64,000 nt of DNA from Bilabrum cf. latius (taxonomy: Eukaryota), in NCBI GenBank assembly GCA_965178125.1, contig OZ237757.1:248001-312000 (forward strand), written 5' to 3'. Below are positions 12,946-24,000 of this stretch, piece by piece (within the stretch, counting starts at the first letter, position 1; each line of letters opens with the position of its first letter). The notes beneath the pieces are model-generated. The model was not told the DNA's origin. It saw only the letters and a list, made by a program, of their open reading frames with translations, and ran no database searches. A program made the translations under genes and the position numbers.

Positions 12946-13556
12946 CTTCCTTGTTCACTTCCTGAATGAATTGATCCTGTGTTGTATGTGCAAATAGTTC
13001 GAGCAGATGGCTATAGTGTACAACTAGAACGGCGCTAGCGGCCAAGATGTGCTGCCATGCCACTATGCTTCGTCACTGCTACTCGTAGTCCATTTACTCT
13101 CATACATGTTGGACAACATCGAAATGTACCCGAACAAAATCAACAAAAACAACCATTTACAATAGGATCGACCTGAAAATACTGCAATGACGCGTCAGAT
13201 CGTCCAGAAAGTCAGCACTTGCACCTGGCCAGCACCATGTGCAACCGACAAGCAAATGACTCAGAAATTTTCTCGGTGATTGATGATTACTTCTCACCTA
13301 TCTGTGCATCTACATTCACTGACATGATTTAGGAGGGAATAATAAACAAGGATGGGGAATATTATAGAGGAAGGGGAGGAGCTTCCTATCACACGAAGCC
13401 CGGAGGCCGTTGGTGAGCAGCGACTGGTTCAGGCGCCAATCCGATCACGATATTGGCACGTTATACAAAATACGGTAAAATCCGGAGCGATAAAATACCA
13501 TTTATAAATGGCTATTCTGGACAATTTTTGAGCTGTAGCAGAAGCATGGGTTGGTA

Positions 13557-16448
13557 ATGTGGCCGTTGAGAGAACTGTCTACTTCAAGATCTACATGGCG
13601 CAAGGAGCTTAGCCTGGCTATGGCCAGCAGCCACGATGGTGCATCAGCTCAGCAGTCACTGCTTGATAACTCCACGCTGGCATCAAGCGTATGGAGCGGC
13701 ATACCCGGAGCATTGCGAGACCAAGCCTGGCCAATATTAATTGGGAATGACTTGAGGGTGAATCCATCCTTGTTTCTAGCACATGCTGACCGGGGTCGGC
13801 TCATTCGACTTGCTGCTTTGCAACAGAGGCAATCGCAAAGATTCCAGCCCAATGTGCAGGCATCAGCAATGAATGGGACTGAAATTTTGGGAGACCCCGC
13901 GAAGGCCTCGAAGCCACCTGTCGCATCCAGCAAAGGCTCTCCTGGTGCAACGGCTGGTGCTATCACGGAGGCAGGCCAACCCGGCTCTGATGACCTCAGC
14001 GAGGAGCCCATCCAGCACAGCGCAGAGCTGCTCCGCCAGCTTCCTCTCGTGGGACAGGACGAGTCCAGCCGGCACATTGCAGTGGACGTGTATCGAACGT
14101 TCCCCGAGCTGCGCGCCTTCTTCTGCCAGGGCGGGCCGCTGGAGCGCCCGCTCCTCGCCGTGCTGGACGCGATGGTCTCCTTCCGCCCGGACATCGGGTA
14201 CATCCAGGGCATGTCTTTCCTAGCGGCATTTTTGCTGCTGCAGGTGCACGACCCGTGCACCGCATTCCAGTGTATGGCCAACCTAGTCGTCACTCGACCG
14301 TGGCTCGCCGACTTTATCCACATGAGGGAACCCGCCATGCGCGCGAGGGTCAAGGCCATGTGGCAGCAGCTGCAGGAGCAAGATGGTGCCCTCGTGTCCC
14401 ATCTGGACGGCCTCGGGTTCGAACCCCAGGTCGTGGTCTTCACCTGGGTGCTCACCCTGTTCACGCAGGGGCCCTCGATCGACGTGGCGGTGCGGCTGTG
14501 GGACTGCCTCATGTTCCACGGTGAAGAGGCCGTGTGGCGGGGCTGCATGGGGCTGTTCCTCGCGCTGAGGGAACAACTCCTGGCGGCGGGTGGGTTCGGG
14601 GAGGTCATGCAGGTGCTCGCCAAGAGGTCGCTGCCGATCGAGGACCTGCGGGGGGGTGGTGCCGCTGTTGCAGAGGTGGGTGCAGAGGCTCAAGCGATGG
14701 GTGCTGCAAGCGCTGAAGTGAAAGGTATTAATGTACATGTAGATGTGGATTTGGATGGTAAAGGGACAGGTGGAGATCAAACGGATGCATCAATGGATGC
14801 TGCAACGGACCATGGGAAGAAGTCGACCAGTGCTCTACAAGGGGCCAACCCAGCAGCAGCAGCAGAAACTGGGAACAGCGACGAAGCAGAGGCTGCCGAA
14901 CGGGCCTCTAGTGGGAGTACTGCGGCAGCTGGTCCTGCGAGCAGCTCCGTGGAGGCACCACCGGGGGAAGCCGCCGGTGCACCAGAGGCAGCCAGCAAGA
15001 GGGCACAGCCGGCCCCGTTCCTGACGTCCAGCATGTCTCCCCTAGCCGCTCTCAAAGCGGAGCAGGTGCTTGCAGCCGCGCGCGGCGCCCGCTTCGACCT
15101 GCCTCGGTTCCAGCAGCAGAGCGAGGACAGGCTGGCAGCGATGCTGGTGGTGCAGCGGCAGCAGTAGCAGGCTAGGGAGGCCAACGGCGCCGCGCGAAGG
15201 AGGCGGTTCCGCAGGCGAGCCTAGGGTGGAGACCCCACTGTCAGGGGACAACCTAGCGAGGCTGCAGATGGCGCTGGAACCTCAGTGGCAGAACAAGGAA
15301 AGCAGCAAAAGTCACGCGCGGGAAGTCCCATCGGACCAGGCAGCATACGTGATGGTGCAGACGATGCCGGGCGCCGCGCATCAGCATCCAGGGTTCCGGA
15401 TCCAAATGCAGTCAAGCCAGGTGGTGGGGACTCTCCCGGCAGCACACCCAGTGCCAGCCCCACCCCTGGTTCCTAGGCCGCTTCTGCGTCTGCCGATGCT
15501 GGCTCGACGGGCGGGCTTGGTCTCAGGATCAGGGTTGAGCCCGGGTGGTTTGACAGACAAAAGGGCGAGGAGGAGGAGGAAGGAAAAGGAGGAGCGGAGC
15601 CGAGGGGGGATCGAGCTGGCGAGGGGATTCGGAGGCAGGTGCCCGTGCGGAACCGTCGCGCCGTGTCCGAAGCGGCGCCGCGCATGGCGAGCCGACGGAA
15701 CCGGAGCAGCGGCAGTGGATCCGCCGAGCTAATCATATAGGGCGAGAACGAGAATGAAATGGGAGGCAGGGACAGGGACAGGCGCGGCAGCAGTGGCGGT
15801 GACCTGCTGGCATCGGCCCGCGATGCGGCCAGGACCCTTGCTGCCTCGGGGTCACCCCTGGGAAGAGCGGGGGCCATGCGCGGGGGGGGTCCAAAGGGGG
15901 GGGGCGGGAGCTCGCGGTCAGGCGTGACGAGTGACGAGGATTTTGTGACGAGTGATGACGAGCCTTCGGGCGAGCTGGGAGAGCTGCACGACAGGGTCGC
16001 GAGCCGGTTCGCGAGCAGGGGTCAGGGTGTGACGAGTGAACGTGGGAGGTGGGCGGGGTTAGGATCTGGAGGCCTGTCTATGGGCGGGATGCGGGGGGCT
16101 GGTGCCGGCGCTGCCAGTGGGGTGGAGTCTGTGGTGGGCGGCCTGCCATCAGGGAGCGGAGCATCACTGCGCAGGCGGGCCTCGACTTCTGCTGAGGCTG
16201 CAGGTGCGGTGACCGACGCGGGCCAGGGGGTATCTGAGCCGGTGCTTGGAAGCTCTGTTGCCAGGGGTGGTGCCTATGAGGCCAGTGTGCCGGGAAGAGG
16301 GGCTGGGCAGAAGCTGGGCGCCGCTGCCGCCGCAGCCACTGCTGCTGCTACTACCGCGCGTGACACCACTGGCAAGATGGGTAGTACTGCGGGTGGCAAG
16401 GGTGGCCCGAGGGTGAGGGCACGCAAGCCGAGAGGCGACGTGGGTTGA
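13557..16448 (+). CDS. TBC-domain Rab GTPase-activating protein, ~963 aa (upstream exon possible)
   Basis: GIPGALRDQAW, IAVDVYRTFP (R finger) and YIQGMSFLAAFLLL (Q finger). Frame continues through TAG at 15165 (QRQQ*QA), 15222, 15474 and 15738 to TGA at 16446. Confidence 0.88.
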
Positions 16449-16675
16449 GGACGATTGGCGGGTGGATGATGTAAGCTGTGTTGCGCAAAGTGGGTGCTGC
16501 GTGCCTTGTTGCGACTCCTGGCACAGAATCACCTCCCTGGCCCAGAATGGCCTCCCTGGCCCAGAGTCGCCTCCCTGGAGTGGAACATGCGTCATCGCCA
16601 AAAACCTGGCGCCGCGCAGTCGCCGCGTGACGGATCCTCCCGCAAACAGCAAGTTGACGCAGAAGCCTGGCCGCT

Positions 16676-19600
16676 ATGGGAAGTCTGACAGAGCTTCTCG
16701 ACCTTGCGGCCAGCTTTCTTGATCAGAATGAGATTGATGCATCCCTAGCTGTATATACCGAGGCAGCCGCAGCTGCTGCAGCCGCTGAAGACCTAAGCAA
16801 CCAAGCAGCGGCCGTGAGTTCCATGCATTCACCGTACCCACAGAATTTCGAAGAAAACGCTTGTATTTGATAATAATAGGGTATCATTTATCCCTTTGCC
16901 GCAGTTTGCTGGGATGTCTGCAGTCTCAGCGGAGGCAGGGAGGGACGAGGACGCCCTAAACTGCAGCCGGATGGCATTCCGCCTGCACGAGCGGTCCGGC
17001 AACAGGAGAGGGCAGGCCGAATCTCTTGTCGCGGTTGGAATGGCACACGAGCAGCTGGGCGACTTGGATGCAGCGGCGCTTGCCATGACGCGGTGCATGC
17101 GCCGCTACACCGACTAGCTTGCCGAGTGCGACAAGGCGAGGTCTTGGCTGCGAAGGCATGCCGGCCGCACGTCTGGCAGGGGCTGGAAGCGTCACCGAAA
17201 CGAGCGAGCAGCGGCCGCATTGGCTGGTATGGGCGGAGCATCCCCCTAGGGCGGCAAGTAGTAGCAGCAGCAGCAGCAGCAGCTGTCCTCTCGACAAGCA
17301 GCCAGGATCAGCAAGGGGCACGTGAGCTCCGGGGCAGCTCCGGGTGACCACCAGAAAGCAGCCGCTGTGGCACAATCCCGAAGGCGGGCCCAGCCCCATG
17401 GTGCGTCAGGTGGGCTATTCTCCAGGGTGGCAGGCGCGTTTTCTGCCGCCACGGCGCCGCCCGCCCCGCCCTCCCCCGCGCCGGCGCCGGCACCGGCCAA
17501 ATCCAAACCCACGCCTACGCAAGCTCACGAATAGCCCCATTCGAACGCGACTGCTGCAGCAGGCAAGGCCTCCTCCTCCCCAGCACAAAAGCACCCGCAC
17601 CACCCTCGCCGCCACCTCCCCGCCGGCAGCGGACGAACGGATGACGCTCGCGCGTCGCAGGGCGCCTCCTGCATGGAGTTCGGATTTGAGAACCTTCAGT
17701 TCGCCGACGTGGTGACCCGCACTCGTCACACCATGAGCGTGATGGCCATCGCCAGCCAGTTCCTCATGGCCAAGTCCAAGGCCGTGGAAGCCTACGTGCG
17801 GGCCCTCGAAGAGGCTGCGGGGACCATCCCGACTCGGGCAGTCGGGGTCAGCACGCAGATCGCCGCCATGCAGACGAACGTACGGCCGCCCACGCTGGGG
17901 CCCAGCGGTACCGCGGGATCGGGCAGCGGGCCGCATGGCGAGTCAACGCCCGCGTCTGCGCAGCAGCACGGTGGCTTGCAATAGTCTTCTGACGGCATCC
18001 CTCTGTTCGCGGATGACGGCGCTTTCGGGGCGACCGGCTCCAGCGGTGCGGAGGGGGGCCGCAGCCGCGCCGGAACCGAGAGCTCCGGCTATCTCGATGA
18101 CAGGTCTTCTTCACCCGCTGGGGCGCAGGCAGACGCGGGCAGTGGCAGTGGCAGCAGCGGCGGCGGCGGCGGTCTATTCGCTATGGGCAGCTCCATGCTG
18201 CGTGGCATGGCCACCAGTATAGCAAAGAGGGTCTCGGGCCGGGGAGCCAGCTCCTCTGAAGCGCCCCTCACCACCGACCAGTCCACCATGTTCACTGCCA
18301 TCGCCGCGCTGAGGACGCAGACCCAGCGAGACATCGGTCACCAGGTGTCTATCGGTCGCATCTACCGCACACTGGGCCAGGACCTGACCGAGCGCCTCCA
18401 GAAGGACGCTGCCTCGAGGGATCGAGCACTCTCCCAGGCGACGACGGTGGTTGACACGGTCACTGCCGCGACCCAGGCACTAGGGCGCGCCAACCAGAGG
18501 CTGAGGAGGGGCCAGAACCAGGAAGACGAGGCCCGGCTGCGGCTGCAGCAGTCCCAGCACGCGCTTGTGCTCGCGATGGAGGCCGCGGGGGGCGACAGGG
18601 AGCGGATGCGCAAGTCAAGAGGCGTGGCCCCTGAGTAGGCGGTGCGCCAGTGGAGCGAAAAGCTACAGAAGGCCGTAGAGGAGGTTGGACTGGCAGAGCG
18701 AAGCCTCCGCACCTGTGCCACGGCACTAGTGGTGGCCCGCAACGAGCGTGACCAGGTCCTCGCCGCGTGCGCACAGCAGCTGCAGGCCCAGGAGGTGCGC
18801 CGGCTGGCCCGGATCGCAGAGGTTCTCTCCCTGCTGAGCGACACTGAGCGGGCGACGCTGGAGCAGGCGCTTCACGAGCACGAGCGCACGGCGCAGGCAG
18901 TGGGCAGGGTCGACGTCGGCAGCGACATTCGCATGTTCGTGCACAAATCTAGGGTGGCGCAGGTGCTGCGGGACCAGAGGGCGGATCTCAGGGATCGGCG
19001 GTCTGCTGCCGCCGCGCGCCGCCGAAGGAAGCAAGCCAGGGAGGCGGACGAGGCCATGCGGATGGCCGTGGGAGTTGCGGGTGGTGGTGCAGGCAAAGGG
19101 CGTGTAGCAGAGAAGGGGGCAGAATCGAAAGCATCCTCTGGGGATATAGCAGGCGGGGGGCACTCAGCAGCGACGCCAGCTGGGGGGTCAGCCGAGCCAT
19201 CTGCCGGAGCGAAGACCACGGCAGCGCCGTCGAAGCCCGGCCAGCCGTCCCAGAAGGAGCAGGCAGCGCTGCGCGAACGACGGAGGAAGCGGAAGATAGC
19301 CGCCACTGCGGAACTGGCCGAGTACCACCGGCGCCGCGCGATGGGCAAGGTGTTCACACCGCGGCTTGAGCACACTGGCGTCTCCGAGCAGGACGAGCAC
19401 GGCTTTGAGGTGGTGCCTCAGCCCGCCTCCGCCACGGCTAGGCATCTCTTCAGCGCGGGTCATCTCGAAGACCTCCGGAGGCTGGCTCAGCCAGTGAGGA
19501 GGTGGGTGCGTGGAATCATGAACGGGAGAGGAGGCGAATTCAGGGGCGTATGCGGCGTTCGTGTGTATAGCGACGACCATAGCGCAAAGCTAGGAGGTGG

Positions 19601-20864
19601 AGACGTGAGTAAGGAGTCGGGAGCAGGCGATGGTGCAAGTGAAGGTGAAGGTCATGCCGGTTCGAATATCGTCGCAGGCCTTACTGCTGATTCCTGCGTT
19701 GACTCCGATGCGATTCTGAAGCTGCCTGCGGGCAGGATCTTGTTTCTTCGGTGCCTGAATGCCTGGCGGGCCCATCGGAAGAGCATACCGTCGAGGTTCG
19801 GTCGAGCGTGCCGCGTGATGTGGTGGTTCTTGGATTGGTGTAAGCAGACGGAGGACGTTGCAGCGGCAAAGATGCTGATGGTGCTGTCAGAAACGTTCTG
19901 GGACGCGGAGGCGAAGGCGACGGATGCATCAGCGGACTCAGAGATTGCCGCACCAGGTGCAGGCAGCGCTGAAACAGGTGACGCAGCCGATGAGGCAATC
20001 TCTGAGTCAGCTGCGAGCGACGACGCCAAAGGAGATGCAGATAATAGTGGCGATGCAGAAGGTTCCTCTCCAGGCATTGCAGCCGACGCACAGCAGTTAG
20101 ATAGTGAGGGTGCCAGCCCTGGTAGTGCGGGCGAGAAGCAAGCATTGAGCATGCCAACGTCTGGTGTGCTACCACTGGCGACTGGCAGAAGCCGAGAGTA
20201 CCTGCAGAGACGCATCCAGTCGCATCCAATCTGGCAGAGCACTGCTCTGTGGGAAGAGGCCCTATATCGAAGCGCTAGAGAGGAGGTGGCGCGCGTGTAC
20301 GATCCATCGGCGTAGACGCAGGCGTCTGCGTTTAGTGCTCGGGGCGTGACGGCGTCCGCGACCGATACGGATGAAGATGAAGCGGGGGTCACTGCACCAG
20401 AGGGCGGAAAGGGACAGGAAGTTGGCTCTGACTCTGGCCCTGGCGATTCCGCGGGGAAGCCCACGGGCAGCAGTGATGACGGTGGGAGTAGCAGTAAGAC
20501 TGCGCCTGATACACCAGAGCAACCAAGCAACGCGCCGGCGTCCGGCACTGGCACCGCTGGCGACACTGCGAGCTCTCCAGACGCGGCGAGCGCCTCTGAC
20601 GCTGAGGCTGTGGACCGAAGGCGCAGTTCCTCCGCGGTGCCTGACCTGCCCGCCATCTTGCCCGGTAGTGGAGACTGGCACTACCAGTACCGCCAGATCT
20701 TGTTTGGCTAGCTCGGGAGCTACACGATGAACATGCGGTCGTTCGGGCTGCCAGAGCCTGAGGTGCAGCGGGTGGTCAAAAGGCTTGCGTTGGGGAACGG
20801 CATGCCAATGGACATGGTGAGCGTGCTCATTGCTGATGCTCGGTCTGCTGAGGACGATGATTAA
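16676..20864 (+). CDS. TPR-like + F-BAR/FCH-like + SBF2-like domain protein, ~1365 aa (exons 16676-16813, 16905-20864)
   Basis: N-terminal TPR-like helices (GQAESLVAVGMAHEQLGDLDAA), FCH-like FADVVTRTRHTMSVMAIASQFLMAKSKAVEAYVRALEE plus coiled coil, SBF2-like EYLQRRIQSHPIWQSTALWEEALY and ILFG*LGSYTMNMRSFGL. 9 in-frame TAG; ends TAA. Confidence 0.75.
16814..16904 (+). other. Spliceosomal intron (91 nt, phase 0)
   Basis: GTGAGT donor, AT-rich body, CCGCAG acceptor; removal joins two ORFs in different frames. Confidence 0.8.
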
Positions 20865-21074
20865 TCAAGAATTTCCCCTGGTCAATCGTCAAGCCGTATC
20901 AATATTGTTGGCCTGCTTGGCGTTAGTACGGTGTATTGAAGTTCTGCTGATTTGGCCTAACATCTAAAAGTAAGCTATATTGAGATTAAAACATACGGCT
21001 AGTCCACTCCTGTACCCATCCGTGCGCTCCGTCTGAGATTCAGTGCCTAGCCTAGCCTAGTTACCACTGATAAC

Positions 21075-24000
21075 TTACCAGGCCTAAATCTGCTTGAAAG
21101 CGCGATTCCGCTCTAGAAAACCACAACCATCGTCATCCACATTTCGGATGCTAATATCTCTTGCCCCGTCACCAGCTGCCCTCAAGTGTTCAATCAGCTA
21201 CGGTGAAGCCTTGACCTTCCCCGCAATGCCTCCCGATTCCATATCCCCCGCACGGTCCACGCAACGACCAAACAGCTGATACCGTGGCATCTGCGTCCCA
21301 ATCACGCCAGCCATGACTGGCCCGCAATGCACGCCGATGCGAGCACGCAGCCGCATGCCCCCTGGTGCCTGAAATCCCCGCACGACTTCAAGCATGTCCA
21401 GGGCACACTTAGCGATGACGACAGAGCTGTGCTGGGGGTGCTTCGCGACTGGTGCTCCGCAGCAGACCAGAAATGCATCGCCAATCGTCTCAACCTTGTA
21501 GGCTTTCCGCCTCGCAACGATCTGGTCGAACTCCATGTACAATCCATCCAGCATCCCGACCACCTAGTGAGGCCCTAGTCGAGCGCTCAAATCAGTAAAT
21601 CCGACCAGATCAAATTGCAGCAAGCTCACCGGCTGCGTCTGGTGGCATGTGAGCTGCTGCACTACAGACAGCCTGCCCCTTGGTGCCGCTGCCGCTAGAG
21701 ATCCGTCGTCTGCCTGGCTCGTTGCACTAGAAATCGATACCCTGGAGTGCTTGGAATGAGTTGAAGGGCCTTCCGGGGCGTCATCGACCACAACACGCGA
21801 GCTGAAGCTGGAACTTGCGCTGGAAGTCGCTCCTGACAGGGACACGATAGCGAGTTGCTCTGAGTCCGCGCTGGCACCATTTTTTTCAGCACGTGCCGTT
21901 TGAGATGCGCCTCGCTTTGGGCCGCCGTCATCTACTGCTGCAAGCACTACTGCTTCATCGTCTGTTTCGTCGTTTCTAGTCGCACTAATCACCGTATGCT
22001 CGTTGCCTGGGTGCACTCGTCTGCCTGATCCGACTTCACCCACCATCTAGCCAGCCATCCATGCAGCTACATCGTACGATGTCTAGCATAAAGCTAGCAG
22101 CCCTGCTGTCCGAGCAAGGAAGTGCACCCAGCTCTCATCGTCTGCTGCCTCGAGCATGTCAGCCAGCCCGCCGCTCCCCATGGATAGCAGGCGCGAGCTG
22201 CTTGTATCGACCCCAGAGCGCTTGAGCATCATCTTCGTCACTTGCTCCGGCAGCATGGCGTGCAACATGTTCGCGGTGGCCTTCTGCCCCTGCTCAGCAA
22301 TGTACCTGACGTAGTAGTCCTGACGGGCCGCCATCTCGTCTTGGTAAAGGATTGCAACGTGAAGCAGCAGCATCACAACGGTCCACAGAATCGAAGCGGC
22401 ATAGCCGCCTTCTTGCCTAATGAGCATCACAACAATGAATCTCAGTCCAATGTCCGCGACAGATGCGAGCTGAGCTGTGTAAGGAAGGCTGAAGCAGTAT
22501 CCGCCGACCATTGCCACCAGCAGGCAGGAGCTCGCCAGTCCGAACGCATGCGTAGTTTCCCCAGAAATGGCATCGCCAAAATCTCGTATCCTGCTGCCGT
22601 ATGGACTGCCTGCGAGCACTCCCAGCACCCTGTCGATGTCCATTGCCCACGTCACCGAGAGGATGCAAGCCCATGCAATCCAATTTCCAGTCAGCGCGTC
22701 CGTCGGGGTTGGCGATTGCAAGTCGGTCTCGACACGATCCTCTCCTGTCGGCGGCTCGTCGCCATGGATATCACTCGAGCGGGCGCACAGCCCGCAACAC
22801 GTGCACGGGCAGCATCGCAAGGAACCCACGCCGCGCAGAACCCTCATCCAGGTTCGCTGCAGGCAAGGGAACCGCCCAGCACGCAGCACCCCGTGACCGA
22901 CGTTTAGGACCAGCACAGGCACGCACAGCAGGAAGGATTGCAGGTAGGCCCCGGCTGCTAGTCTCTCCAAGGTGATCCATAGCATCGCCATCACTAGAAA
23001 TCCAGCGCCCAGGGCGGCCATGCCAGGGGCATGCGACAGCCTGTAAGTCTAGAAGGCAGCTTCAACAGGAGCATCATCGTGCTGGTACCTCAGATCAAAT
23101 GCGCCTAACTGCGCCCTTGGCAGCTCTGGCACATCTATGTCATCGTTTGTACCCGCTGTAGCGCTATCAGTCTCCGAATTAGCCACACCGCTCGATTTCG
23201 CGGGCTCTGCAGAAGTCTTTGTAGAGTCTCCGCGCCTGGTACCGCTTCCATTGCCATGTGTAATCTCAGATGTAAGCCGCCCGTGTGCACTCTCTCGGGA
23301 TTCATCGAGCGATTCAGACACGCGCGTCATACCAGGAGCACGCTGCCCGTCAGTACCTATATTGGCACCGTCGCCATGATCATTGCTTTGCTGCTTCCCA
23401 TCGCCGTCGCTGTCCCCGTCTTCTTCCTCCACCACTTGCACGGCTCCGATCTCCTCATCGAGGCTTGACATTCTCGCCGCCTGAGCTTGTTGGTCCTTGC
23501 CGCGCACTGGCGGTCCGGACAGACCGTCGCCTTCATATTCTAAGGATTCAGAGAGGACGTTGGCCCCGCCCATCAAATCCATGAGCTGTGCTGCCACATT
23601 GCCCCCGGCCGCCCCTCCAAAGTAGTCCCCGACGCTGCTGCCCGGCGTGTCGGCGGTTCTATCCCTGGCCGCATCACCAGTGCGCCGCATTCCGAGCAGA
23701 CTGCCTGTACCAGTGTCCGATGCGCTGCCACCATCATCATCATCGTTGTCGTCCTCTATGTTGCCTTCTTCAACCACAGCATGTTTGTGCATGAGCGACG
23801 CAGTGCGGCTGAAGATCATGCTGCCACCCGCCTAGCCACCCTTAGCCCCGCCAAACGATAGAGAATGCCGGATGGAGCCCCAGCCGCCGCGCTAACCACC
23901 AGAGCTGCTGCTCCTCCTTGAAGAGGCAGGCTGGTCTGCCGTGCTTGCATACAAGCCCGTGCGGTCGATAATTTGGCTGCCGGCCACACGCTGCTTGATT

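Noticed and set aside
12600-13550. tRNA (especially a CUA-anticodon tRNA) or other RNA gene in the intergenic regions
   Set aside because: No cloverleaf with convincing D/T-arm boxes found by eye here or in other gaps; a tRNAscan-SE/Infernal run is needed to exclude it.
21045-21060. (GCCTA)3 short repeat near the cyclase 3' end
   Set aside because: Too short to interpret as telomeric or mobile-element derived.
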